A stretch of 64,000 bases of DNA from assembly GCA_963796965.1 (NCBI GenBank), contig CAWCNS010000009.1, positions 416,001-480,000 of the forward strand, in the 5' to 3' direction. Position numbers and translations under genes: made by a program. Below are positions 1 to 11,007 of the stretch, piece after piece. Numbering within the stretch: position 1 is the stretch's first letter; the number at the start of each line of letters is the position of its first letter. Under the pieces are notes generated by a model. The model saw only the letters and a program-made list of their open reading frames with translations, did no database searches and was not told where the DNA came from. Origin of the DNA: Calditrichia bacterium. GTDB lineage: Bacteria > Calditrichota > Calditrichia > JAJRVZ01.

Positions 1-1734
1 CATTCGTGCCATATGCCTCATTAGTTTGGGGAGGGGGATATCTTCCCATCTTTAAATCACCTAGTTCTTCACGTATGGCACCACAATCGTCCTGCAATTT
101 TAAAAGATCTTTAATTATTGTAAGCAGCATTGCTTTATTTTCCGGGATATCCTCTACCCTTACCAGCCAGGATAAGGGTAGTATCATTCGTGCCTTTTCC
201 TGTGCGATTCCATTGGTCCATTTCCAGCCGTCCGGATAATTATCCATGGTTATCTTGATGGCCTTTTTCGCTTTATCCAGGAAAGGTGCAAAACCCGTTT
301 TGTCATAAGCCCACAAGTAACAAGCCCAAAGATAGGCCTCATAATGGGGGGCAATATTAATAATATCACGCTTAGAATAGTATTCCCAGCCGTTTTTTGT
401 AAAATCCGGCAGATCGATACGGTTGCCTCTGAATCCGTTGATGCCGGTAGTACGCAATTGGGCAATTAGGATTTTCATTATGGTTTCATCCCATTGCCGG
501 GATTTATTTATCGCCGCTGCAACCATCGTTGACAACAAAACCCGGGCGTTATCGTCACCATAATTCAGCTTTATACCAGGCATAATTAGAAATCCCCCAG
601 GGCGTTAGTCCGTAAGCACCATGGTTGGGATCAACCCATTCATTTTCTCCTGCCGGAGAATTATAAAAGTAGTAATCCAGCAGGTTCGTGGATATTTTTC
701 GCCACGCATTATTTTTCAATAGATCCCCAGCCAAGGCAAAAGTCATCGCTGTTTCACTAATACAATCTCCCCTCTGCGACGTACCGATCGGCTGGCTTCC
801 ATCCTCATCTATCACAGACATGATCGCCTCCATGGCACCATAATGGCCATCACCAAGTGGCAGCGATTCATTCCATTTTATCAAACCAACCTGATTGGGT
901 CCGATTACACTATCGATATAGGATTCATGAACCAGCATTCCGGCCTTGAGATACCATTCCGTTCCCCGCTTCACACTTTTTTTTTGGTAATTGGCGGGAA
1001 GTTCCTCCTCCTTACTATAATAGGGTCGGACAGAGGAGTTCCAACTTATCCTGATAGGTTCGGCATCAGGGAGTAAATAAGAAATAATTTGCTGCCAAAC
1101 ATGTGTCCATTCTTGCTTCGGTGCATAGCGGCCCCGTATTGGACGACTGAAGCAGGTCGTAGAAACAAGTACAGAAACATCAGGCAATTCAAAAAGGAGA
1201 GGAGATATTTTATCCGGCAAACCGTAGACAGCGGTATCAAATCCTGCAATTCGACCTGCAACTATATGACTTTTCTGAACATTTACCGGGAGATAATTCA
1301 AACCATTTATCACTAATATGTCAAGACTGTCCGGTGAGTCGTTAAAAAAATCCGAGTTCACAACAGCCCTTTCCAGAGAAGTGTGGACTGGCGGACCTGT
1401 TTCAATGCCAGGCAACCAGGAAGGATATTCCAGGAAAACGCGAAGATTTTTTTGATCGACAAGATCAAAAAAATTGCTGGAAACATCTGTTCTTTTTTCC
1501 GGGTATCCATCGGCCAAAACAAAAATAGCTTCGCCGGTTGAGGCATTATGCGCAGCCTTCATTGGCGAATCATAACGCTTTACCACAAGATTATTCTGAG
1601 AGATCAAAATGCCATAGATCTCATTATTGGCTTGTGCAGAGACATGGACGATATGAACCGGATTCGAACAACTTAACATGATAGAATTAAGGAAAGAAAC
1701 TTAATAATAAGATTATAAAAAGTTTGGATTTCAT
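1..1734 (-). CDS. Hypothetical secreted/lipoprotein, possibly a glycosidase-like helical-barrel protein; frameshifted and running off the window
   Basis: ORFs 555..1679 and 250..465 are collinear pieces. ATG at 1734 gives a signal-like MKSKLFIILLLS, and a one-base shift joins it to MLSC (lipobox-like). Confidence 0.6.
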
Positions 1735-1746
1735 AAGCACTGAAAG
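1697..1746. repeat. 50-bp direct repeat, copy A
   Basis: aaacttaataataagattataaaaagtttggatttcataagcactgaaag; 47/50 identical to 3278..3327. Confidence 0.9.
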
Positions 1747-1791
1747 AAAAAGGTTTGTTTTTAGATTCAGTCAAATGGAAAGGAATAAATT

Positions 1792-3298
1792 ATGAAAAGA
1801 TATTTAACACTCTATATAGTCTTTTTATTCTGGGGATGTTATTCCAGTTCCTTTAAGCAGAAAGCAAACATTCCTGCTATTAATCAACGGATTCTTATAA
1901 ATGAAGAACTAACTTTCATTTCACCTGGGGAAAATGAGTATATGCTAACAGTAGAGCGGATGGACTCTCTGCATCTGGAGGGATCAGGGAAAATGAGAAA
2001 AAACAGCATCTCCGAATGGGAAAACTACGAGGGAATCATTCCTATCGACAGCATTGAGATTTTATGTTTTAGCGAAAAGGATGTTGGGAAAAGCCTTTTG
2101 ATCAATACGGCGGTATTGACCCTTTTAGTAAAAGGTTTACAGGCCGATGCGGGACCGTATAATCCGACTGTTGAACTTGTATACCCGCCGGGGGCGGATC
2201 CTGCCCATATATTTATGACTGGCAGGCTGATCAGTACGTTTTGGAAGGTGAGGCATTTGGTATTGCTTTGGGAAAAGCACGGGAAATGATCACTTGCACC
2301 GTTTTGTCTGCACTCAATACAACTGAACAGAATTTAAAGGTCCGGATTACTAATGAGCGACCGGAGACACACTTTTTCAATACAATAGCATTACAAGCTG
2401 TAGAGATTGATCAAAAAGCAAAAATTTTTGCAGATAATGATCAGGACCTCTGGCCTGTTTATACACCGAAAAAACCAATAGTGCCCTGGATAATACCGGA
2501 AAAAATATTTTATCAAGGATCAGTGATAATGACAATATTTATTGGGAATCTGACCTTGATCTTCCAACTTTGTATTCTGATTTTGAAGATTTAATTGAAA
2601 TAACCTTTAATCGTCCAGCGGAATCTCAGCAGGGATCAATAATTATCAGGGCGATCAATACCTATTTCGGAAATCTGGTCTTTGAAAAACTTTTTGAATT
2701 CCTGGGAGATCAGTCATTGTCCTTTATGTATGCCATAGAAAATGATCAGGAAGTTATACAACTGTTACAGGATTGGACAATTGAAAGTTGGTTAAAAGTA
2801 TCTGTATGGAACGGATCATCCTGGCTGCCCTGTGGTATATTGTATCCTGAGGCAAATGCTACGCCTTTTTCACGACTTGTCAGAATAAACATTCCTGCAG
2901 GGATTGGTAATACAGTAAAATTACGACTAACCGCGTTAGCAGATGTATGGAAAATTGATGCGGTCAGCCTTGACTGGACAGAGGTAAAAAAACTTGATAA
3001 AGAGCTAGTTCCGTTAATATCTGTAGATGGGCAATTATCAGAAAACCAGCTCGAATTAATTCATGAAAAAGACGATCAGTATGCGATTCTTCTTCCCTCA
3101 CAGAATATAGACCTGACCTATGCAAAACTAGAGGCTCTACTGGGAAAAAACTCTGTTATGCTTTGGATGTGGGTGGTTATTTATATGAACGGTTTCTGAA
3201 AAAAAGAGCGTATCCATATTTGCTGGTTTTGGGGATCTTATTTACAATGACAGAATCGGATTTGTTAAATATCTGTTAAACTTAATAATAAGAGTATA
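1792..3298 (+). CDS. Hypothetical lipoprotein, frameshifted (3-4 pieces), 3' end running into repeat copy B
   Basis: Overlapping ORFs 1792..2289, 2241..2594 and 2570..3199; lipoprotein-like signal (FWGC); GGA upstream of the ATG. Confidence 0.65.
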
Positions 3299-3327
3299 AA
3301 AAGGTTGGATTTCATAAGCACTCAAAG
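3278..3327. repeat. 50-bp direct repeat, copy B
   Basis: aaacttaataataagagtataaaaaggttggatttcataagcactcaaag. Confidence 0.9.
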
Positions 3328-3338
3328 GTTGAAGGTAA

Positions 3339-3575
3339 TCATTTGGCTTGACTCAATCTTTTCAAAATCAAAACCCCGGCTATCAAATAAACTACGGCCG
3401 CAATGCCTGGTCCCCACATGTGTGGGATAACCAAGATAAATTTAACAGTTCTTGAAGCCGGGAAGAACTCAGATCGCAAGTAACTGGTTGCGATACAAAA
3501 TAGGACCAAGAAAAGAAAGAATGTGCCCAATTCCTTTTTAGTTTTACTTTTCATCTCAAGAGTTCTTGTATTCAT
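3339..3575 (-). CDS. Small membrane protein, possibly an N-terminal fragment of a CPBP/CAAX protease
   Basis: 78 aa, two hydrophobic segments, MWGPGIAA motif; start overlaps the upstream stop. Confidence 0.4.
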   Translation of the reverse strand: MNTRTLEMKSKTKKELGTFFLFLVLFCIATSYLRSEFFPASRTVKFILVIPHMWGPGIAAVVYLIAGVLILKRLSQAK

Positions 3576-4718
3576 TATAACGACTCAATCGGAATAATTG
3601 TGAGACAACAATGATGTTTTTCAGATGTATAAACCACATATAGTTTGCCATCATACTCAATGGCGCAGGGATACGACCATTCCGGTCCAGTTTGAAGAAC
3701 TTCACTTTTGTCTTCTCTTATTTTCCATATTCTTGAAAACTGCTCTTTACCTGGCTGGCTAACGGCTAAGGTAAGCAAATCCCGATACCCATCAGACACC
3801 AAATTTGCAAACACATAGTTTTGTCCTGTATTTAAGGTACCCGCATAGATTTTTGATGAGGCAAAAGGGAAATTATGTTGATACGGATCAGACCAGGTTT
3901 GTCCATAGTCATCGCTTAGAAAAAGCAAAGGACATTCCGAATGATTTCTGATAAAGGCCGTAATATGATTTTCTTTTGCAATAACCGTTGTTTCAGGAAA
4001 GTCAGGTCTATCCCCACATGGCAATTTATCATTATAGTTCAGAGGAATAATATCCCATTGCTCAGTGATTTTATCGCCCCGACTGATAGCAACCGCAGGA
4101 ATCGTTGGTTTTTGTCCAATCTTATTCGCCATCCGCCCTGCCATGATAAAATTACCATTATCCATTTTTACTGGCGCACAGTTTGGCAGAAATGGTCCGC
4201 TTATAAAGCCATGACTGTTCCAGGAATTATTTGACTCATCTAATATAAAAACTTCACACCGCGTAACCAGGTCAGGACCGTCTTCCATATTTGAAACAAA
4301 TGCATATAAAATATCTTTGTAAGATAAAAAAGTGGCCGGCACATACATAATACCTTTTTTTTCCTTGTCGTGAGCAATGATTTCCACTTCTGACCATGTA
4401 AGTCCCCCATCCCGAGACCTCCGCCCGCGTATAAGAGAGGTTCCTTGCATTTCACCAGAGGGGCAATTATACCAGGCAGAATAAAGAATATTCTTGTGCT
4501 CGACAATGGCTGCATCATGCAAAAAGTTATAGACTATCCAAACCGGCACGGTGCACCATTACGTCTACCACACCTTCCGGATAGTGGAGGTTCTCTACAT
4601 TAGGAAATGATATAGTCTTATCCCATAGAACATACATAGTATCCTCTGTATCCTGAGCACAGGTAAAGGTGGTAACACTTAATAACCCCAGAAACAAGAG
4701 GACAATATGACTATTCAT
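3575..4718 (-). CDS. Exo-alpha-sialidase/BNR-repeat protein (one frameshift near 4540)
   Basis: Asp-boxes SRDGGLTW and SDDYGQTW, C-terminal WSYP motif; signal peptide in ORF 4527..4718. Confidence 0.8.
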
Positions 4719-4856
4719 CTTAGATTGCTTTCCGCAAATGATTTTGAGATTATTCTAATTAATGGGTCGGACCGAGCACAATCCCATTATAGTGACTTTC
4801 CAATGATTGAATATAGTACTTGGTTATGTCGGCACTCGGCATCCCACCAGGTCTTT

Positions 4857-6569
4857 TCACTTACTCATTAAATATTGATCTTTTAGGTTATAAACATATT
4901 TTTCCCAAACACGTTCGAACTGATCATTTGCAACCACCGGTTTTTTTATCATCATTTTACTGAGTTTCTTCTGTCGTTTTGATATACCTGCTTTTGAATA
5001 CATCTGAAGGGCAAACTTAGAAAAATCCCTCACCATAAAATCAAATATTTGATTGACGATATCATCTTCTATGTTATAGATTTTCGCATTCTCAAGAATT
5101 AACTGTCCATAGACAACCATGGTGAAGAGTTCCCCCAGATTAAGAAGAAATTCGATATCTCTTTGCTGTGCCTTATTTGGTTTTGCAAGGACAAGGAATA
5201 ATTTAAGCAACCTGATCTGTTTTTTGAAGATTTTCACATTGGAGACATTTCGACTATTGTAGGCAATACTGTAATCATGGAAGCGGATTTTTCGTAACCC
5301 GCGGGTGGGTCCCTGATTAAAAAGAAAATCGTCGTTTTTAGGTTCTGACTGTTTTCCGACCTCAGAAAATTTCTCCGGTTTAAAGAAGTAATTGACAATA
5401 AATTTTACAATCAGGGCCACATTTACATGAACAGTACCTTCCAGTTTTGGTAATGCCCGGATATCACGGACGGCCATTTCGAAATACGTATCCTTTTCAA
5501 AACCTTTGGCAGCAATCACATCCCAAAGAAGGTTCATCACCTCTTCACCTTGGGTTGTTACTTTCATCTTGACGACAGGATTGTACAGTAAATAACGTCT
5601 GTCCTCCAGGGATGCGACACGCATATAATCGGCTGTCCTCAAAGCAAAAAGTTTCATGGCCACAAGACGGGCATATGCCTCGGTAAATAATTGCTTCACA
5701 TGGGGAAAATCTGTCACGTACATATTATAGAGATTACGCGTAGCCGCGTGATCGATTGCTTCATAAAAAGAATGTGTACAAATGCCAATGGATGCCCACC
5801 CCAGATTGTACTTACCCACATTAACCGTATTTAGAACCATATCCCAGGCCTCCTGCCCTTTTGCCAGGATATCCTCTTCTGCGATGGGATAGTCATTCAG
5901 AGTATATTCAGCCACATAGCTTTGGCTGGCGACAATATTTTTAACACAATCGTACTTCTCATGCAGGTAATTGGCGACAAAAAATACATAGTCGCCGGAA
6001 TCAGCCATTTTGCCAAAGGTTGATACCATCTTGGCGATATTGCCATTCCCTATATAATATTTTGAACCATTGGCTTTATAGGTACCATCTTTTTGTGGGG
6101 TTAGCGACATTTCAGATGAATAGATATCGGCGCCATGTGCCTTTTCGGATAAACCAAAGGCAAACACTTCACCTTCATTGAGAAGATCTACAGCTGTTTT
6201 TTTTAATGCCTCATTTTCTGTCATCCAAATGGGACCAAGACCGAGTATCGATACCTGCCAGGTATACCAGTAAGCCAAACCGTAAAACGCCAGCAGTTCA
6301 CTATAATGCGCAATTCGCCAGGTGCTCCAGCCTGTTCCCTCATCACCATAATCAGATGGCATAAGAAGCGTAGCAAAAATTTTTTCCTTCTTTACGAAAT
6401 CAAGAAAATCTGAATACCAGATTCTTTGATGATCATCTTCTTTTATTTGCTCTAATCCTTTTTTTTCGAAGAAATCTATCGTCTTTTGGATAATTTCCTG
6501 AAATCTTTTATCCGGATGCTCTATAGTATATTTTTTGGGATTAAGAAGAAGCATAATCAATTTCTCCAA
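4857..6569 (-). CDS. Acyl-CoA dehydrogenase family protein
   Basis: FAFGLSEKAHGAD, NGSKYYIGNG and LPKLEGT motifs; 570 aa intact. Confidence 0.92.
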   Translation of the reverse strand: MEKLIMLLLNPKKYTIEHPDKRFQEIIQKTIDFFEKKGLEQIKEDDHQRIWYSDFLDFVKKEKIFATLLMPSDYGDEGTGWSTWRIAHYSELLAFYGLAYWYTWQVSILGLGPIWMTENEALKKTAVDLLNEGEVFAFGLSEKAHGADIYSSEMSLTPQKDGTYKANGSKYYIGNGNIAKMVSTFGKMADSGDYVFFVANYLHEKYDCVKNIVASQSYVAEYTLNDYPIAEEDILAKGQEAWDMVLNTVNVGKYNLGWASIGICTHSFYEAIDHAATRNLYNMYVTDFPHVKQLFTEAYARLVAMKLFALRTADYMRVASLEDRRYLLYNPVVKMKVTTQGEEVMNLLWDVIAAKGFEKDTYFEMAVRDIRALPKLEGTVHVNVALIVKFIVNYFFKPEKFSEVGKQSEPKNDDFLFNQGPTRGLRKIRFHDYSIAYNSRNVSNVKIFKKQIRLLKLFLVLAKPNKAQQRDIEFLLNLGELFTMVVYGQLILENAKIYNIEDDIVNQIFDFMVRDFSKFALQMYSKAGISKRQKKLSKMMIKKPVVANDQFERVWEKYVYNLKDQYLMSK

Positions 6570-6691
6570 ATATATCTTTATTAGCCTTATCTACGTACAA
6601 ATTTTTCACGCAAAGGCGCTAAGCCACCAAGAAAATAAATACAAAATAACAAATACAAACTACAAGATATTATTATTTAAATTCGATCATA

Positions 6692-6910
6692 AGTGTCCGG
6701 TTAAAAAAAATCATCAATGCTACAACTAAAAAACTCATCCCCAAACCCCTTCTCTTGTTGTAAAAGTGAAGGGGCTCCTTAAAGTCCCTCTCTTTTCAAG
6801 AGAGGGATTTAGGGTGAGTTCTTCAAATCAAGTCCCAACTTAGGGGAACTAACAAAATCTAATGATACTCCGGTGTTTATTAATAGATATCAAAATCTTA
6901 ACCGGACACT
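6692..6910. mobile_element. MITE-like element with 13-bp terminal inverted repeats
   Basis: AGTGTCCGGTTAA (6692-6704) and TTAACCGGACACT (6898-6910); non-coding interior containing a hairpin repeat at 6732-6820. Confidence 0.6.
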
Positions 6911-6937
6911 CATGAAATTCGACACAAAATAATGATG

Positions 6938-8219
6938 TTAATTGTCGACATAGTTGATTAAGGTCTCCAGATAGCGTGATTTTACCTGCTGATGAGCCAT
7001 AACTTGCTTAATAGGGGGAAGTTTCAGAATAACGCCCAAAACACCAGCCATTGCCCGATGATGCCACAATACCCGGTTGTCAAAAATCAGATCCTGCAAA
7101 TTTCCCCGCTCAATTGCCATTACCACCGCCCGGTGGGTGCCATTTAACGGCGTTATCACCCTTGCTGATCTGGATTCTAAACTGAGTCCATCTTTCGGGC
7201 AGGCCCTCACACATACCCCACAACCCAAACAAAGATCTTCATCCAATCTGGCTACATTCATTTTAGGTCTTATTGGATCGTTAGCCGATACCAATGTCAT
7301 CGCCTCCACCGGACATACGTTCACACATTTACCACAACCATTGCAATCCGATTCGGATATTACGGGTATAAAGTTTGTTGTATGAACAGGATTTAGGATG
7401 GCGAAACGGCGGGCAGCAATCATCGCCTCACAACAGCATCCACAGCAATTGCAGATAAAATTCACACTTTCTCTAACATTTTCACCAAATTGAACCAGAT
7501 TATTTTCATAAGCCATCTCGAGGAGATCAAGACATTCTTCAACTTCTATCGAACGGGCATAACTATGTTTTATCAGCGATGCAGCGGTGTTATTAAAAGT
7601 CATACAAATATCCATTGGTGCATCGCATGATTTACCCACATGTTCCATTTTATGACGGCAGTAACAGATTCCAACACCTCTGTGTGATGCACCTTTAATA
7701 ACCTCTGTAGCCCTTTCATAATCCAGGACATGCAGGGCATTTTCATTCGAAAGCACCGGCTCATTTACAAAGGTACGTCCTAACTGTGTTTCACCTCGCG
7801 TGAATAGATCACGGATAAAATCTTCTTCCACATTCATATATTCATAAAAGAGCTCGCTGAGAATCTTTTGATCAATATCCTGGCGTATACGCATCAGGGA
7901 AAACTCAAAAAATCCAGCCATCGGTGGTGGCAGAGCTGTATACGGATTGTCCATTCTGCTCGACGTCAACCAGAATGGCCCGGCCAGCCAATTCATCCAG
8001 GATCTTTTGCGTGCTGGTCAGATCCATCTTCCAGATGCGACTGGCTTTTTCTGCGGTGAAAGGTTTGATAGGCAGGAGCGAAACAAGCCCGGCTTCTTTT
8101 TCACTAAACAACATGCTCAGGATTTTGAACAAGAGCTCCGAAGGAGGTGCACCCTGGGGGAAGCGATTGAGTCGTTCTGACAAGCGTGAATAATCGGACT
8201 TTATTGTATTATGAGCCAT
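6938..8219 (-). CDS. 4Fe-4S dicluster domain protein (frameshift near 7930)
   Basis: CNGCGKCVNVCP and CLGCGVCVRACP, plus CYCRH and ICNCCGCCC motifs; N-terminus in ORF 7905..8252 from MAHNT. Confidence 0.88.
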
Positions 8220-8333
8220 TTTCAGATTTAACTGGTTTAAATCATTTGTCAATTTTCATTTTTGGGGAGAAACGATAACAGCTGTTTCATAGCATAAAAC
8301 TGCCGTACCACCACCCATAACTTGTTTCAGGAT

Positions 8334-8647
8334 CTATCGGCTTATCAAAAGATAGGTGCCGAGTATCAATCCCATCAAGGCAATAATAACACCAATATAT
8401 GTTGCAATCTTTGTCGTTCTTTTTTCTTCAGGTGTCTTTGGCCTGATTTGATCCTTATATTTTTTTTCGAGAGCTGCGCCAATACCACAACCTAAACCGA
8501 CACCGATAGCCGGTCCCAAGCTATGCCGATTGGTATGTTATCCATTAAAACACCTATGATTAATCCAATAGGCATGCCTATTCCAATTCCGGTACCAATA
8601 CCAACTCCCATCCAACGGCCTTCCGGGTACTTTTTTTCATCCTGCAT
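8334..8647 (-). CDS. Small glycine-zipper membrane protein (frameshifted)
   Basis: MQDEKKYPEGRWMGVGIGTGIGIG... joins GPAIGVGLGCGIGAALEKK; GGAG upstream. Confidence 0.65.
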
Positions 8648-8648
8648 A

Positions 8649-9032
8649 TTATATCTCCAATGCCAGAATTAAACATAATACCGTTAAGGTTACGGCAATA
8701 GGCGTCATTACCTTTTTCTCCGGACCACTCTTTGATGTTAAATTTCCCAAAGTACTTAATCCAAAGAGCACAACAAAAAACCAGGCAAGAATGTTCACCC
8801 CTAAATCCCATGTAAAAACTGATACTATTTTTGCCTTTTGTAAGAAAACCACTACTGCTAGAATAAATAAACAGGCAGATAGTAAACTGCCAATGCGCAA
8901 TTTTGGTGGAAGGATCCGGTGATTACCACCCCAAGCCATCTTACCAAAGGGTAAGCCCAATGCTAATAACAATTGGAAAATCATCATTCCCAAAAAGAGA
9001 GAAACTGCGATCCAAATGACATAGGATGTCAA
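8649..9032 (-). CDS. Hypothetical 4-TM membrane protein
   Basis: LLLALGLPFGKMAWGG motif; four hydrophobic segments. Confidence 0.75.
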   Translation of the reverse strand: MTSYVIWIAVSLFLGMMIFQLLLALGLPFGKMAWGGNHRILPPKLRIGSLLSACLFILAVVVFLQKAKIVSVFTWDLGVNILAWFFVVLFGLSTLGNLTSKSGPEKKVMTPIAVTLTVLCLILALEI

Positions 9033-9286
9033 TTGCTGATCTCCAAAATTTATAATATTTGTAGGTCATTAGATTGTCAGGGGATTAAATAAAATATTAA
9101 GTGATTGTCAAATCAAATACAATTACTATTTTTTTATCGTCTACATTGTGCCCATAAATTTACAAAAGAATACCAGGATAAATGTCCGGCATGTATGACA
9201 TTCTCATGGTAAATCCGATCCAGGATATGATGCTAACTGGGTATCATAGTAATTATTTTCATGGCACTATTCCCTTGAACACTATC

Positions 9287-10588
9287 TTAATGTTTAGGTC
9301 TCTTTACATCCTGTATCCATGCATCTGTATCAGCGAGCATTTGTCGTGTGCGGTCCGGATATGTTAATGCCAGATCTTTGGCTTCCTCAATATCGCTGCT
9401 TAGATTATACAATCTTGGTATCTTATCCTCAATTACTAATTTCCAATTTCCATCCCGCATAGCCTTTCCGTTCCAAAATAGTTTACGGTTTCCCAGAACG
9501 TCACCTTCTAACAAATGAGATTTAAGGCTTATACCATCAGATTTATATCCTGCTGAAGTATCAACATTGGCTAAATCGAGTATTGTGGGCATCAGATCTA
9601 AACTTATGCTTAGCTGGGTACTTTCTTTTCCCGCCCGAATTTTTCCAGGCCACCAGGCGATCGCCGGTACCCGATGTCCACCTTCCCAGACAGAATTTTT
9701 ATAACCCCTCAGAGGATGATTAGAACCTTGTTTGGCGGCACCGTTATCGGAAAAGAAAAAAACAAGGGTTTTTTGGGCAATTCCACTTTTTTTAACCGTA
9801 TTCAGGATTTCAGCAATGCCCTTATCCATTTCCACCATCATCTTATAATAGGTTCCTTTTATATCTTTTTTTGATTGGTCTGACACTTTTTGCGGGCCAC
9901 GCTGGATTGGATCATTGGGCCCCTGAAAAGGAGAATGTACCGCTTCGTGGGCAATATAAAGAAAAAATGGATGGTCTTTGTTGGCGTTTATATAATCAAC
10001 AGCATGGCGGGTAATCAGATGGGTGGTATAACCCTCTTCCCTTAAAGGATTCAGGTTCTCCCACCAGTCATAGATCCCCATCCTGTCATAATGTGAGATA
10101 TAGTCTATATTGCCACTCACATAGCCGCGAAAAAGATCAAATCTATGATAAACCGGATTGTACTTTTTATGATAACCCAGATGCCATTTACCAAAGATTG
10201 CCGTCTTATAACCGGAAGATTTAAGTAATTTACTAATGGTATTTTCATTGGGATCCAATCCACCATTATGAGTGGCGTGTTCCGGATCAGCATTGATAAC
10301 ACTGGGTACTCCAACCCGTTGTTGATAACGGCCGGTAAGCAGACCGGCCCGTGTGGGGCTGCAGACTATACCACTGGAATGAAAATCAGTAAATTTGAGG
10401 CCTTCAGCCGCCAGCTGCTCCAGGCCTGGTGTTTTTATCCAGCCACCATAACAACTGGCATCCCCATAGCCCATATCATCAGCCAGAATGATGATAAAAT
10501 TTGGTTTATTATCTGCATTAGCACTTTCAGGCCATATGACATGTATAACCAGAGCAAGCAGGATAAAAGTATAGGATTTGAGTTCCAT
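9287..10588 (-). CDS. Arylsulfatase family (Cys-type), secreted
   Basis: PNFIIILADDMGYGD, CSPTRAGLLTG, GKWHLG, SDNG, EGGHRVP. Confidence 0.95.
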   Translation of the reverse strand: MELKSYTFILLALVIHVIWPESANADNKPNFIIILADDMGYGDASCYGGWIKTPGLEQLAAEGLKFTDFHSSGIVCSPTRAGLLTGRYQQRVGVPSVINADPEHATHNGGLDPNENTISKLLKSSGYKTAIFGKWHLGYHKKYNPVYHRFDLFRGYVSGNIDYISHYDRMGIYDWWENLNPLREEGYTTHLITRHAVDYINANKDHPFFLYIAHEAVHSPFQGPNDPIQRGPQKVSDQSKKDIKGTYYKMMVEMDKGIAEILNTVKKSGIAQKTLVFFFSDNGAAKQGSNHPLRGYKNSVWEGGHRVPAIAWWPGKIRAGKESTQLSISLDLMPTILDLANVDTSAGYKSDGISLKSHLLEGDVLGNRKLFWNGKAMRDGNWKLVIEDKIPRLYNLSSDIEEAKDLALTYPDRTRQMLADTDAWIQDVKRPKH

Positions 10589-10624
10589 CTTACGACAATC
10601 CTAATCATGTAAAAGACTTATTTA

Positions 10625-10997
10625 CTGCAAAAAAGCCAAAAATGGTGAGGATTGCAAATATTTTTGTGTTTTTATGCCGCTAAGTTGCATAGATCATTAT
10701 ATTTGTGGCCGCAAAAATTCACAAATTTCAAAGACTTTTTTTCTTCATATTGTCATCCTGTCCCGGAACGGGATCGCATCTCGGGATAGGGATCTTCCCG
10801 ATTGCAGATATCGTACTTTCACGAAAGAAGATTCTTTCAGAATGACATAGATGAATAAATTTTTTTTAAATAATTACGCTGCGGCTTGACGCCTTTGTGT
10901 GATTTTTTTTTAATACAAAAACGCAATAAAGGTGCGAAAACTGCAAAAACTTAATTTCTTTATAACCGTTGCGACCTCTGCGGCGCTGCGTGAGATG
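10625..10997. repeat. Composite intergenic repeat cluster: CGCAG-type arms plus a TGTCAT...ATGACA element at 10751-10847
   Basis: cgttgcgacctctgcggcgctgcgtgaga arm; the element is shared (inverted) with 47851-47928. Confidence 0.75.
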
Positions 10998-11007
10998 CAA
11001 CTTTTCA

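Noticed and set aside
4762..4850. Weak hairpin and gtcgg...atccca direct repeat upstream of the BNR gene as a riboswitch or ncRNA
   Set aside because: Only a 7-bp stem and no recognisable riboswitch consensus.
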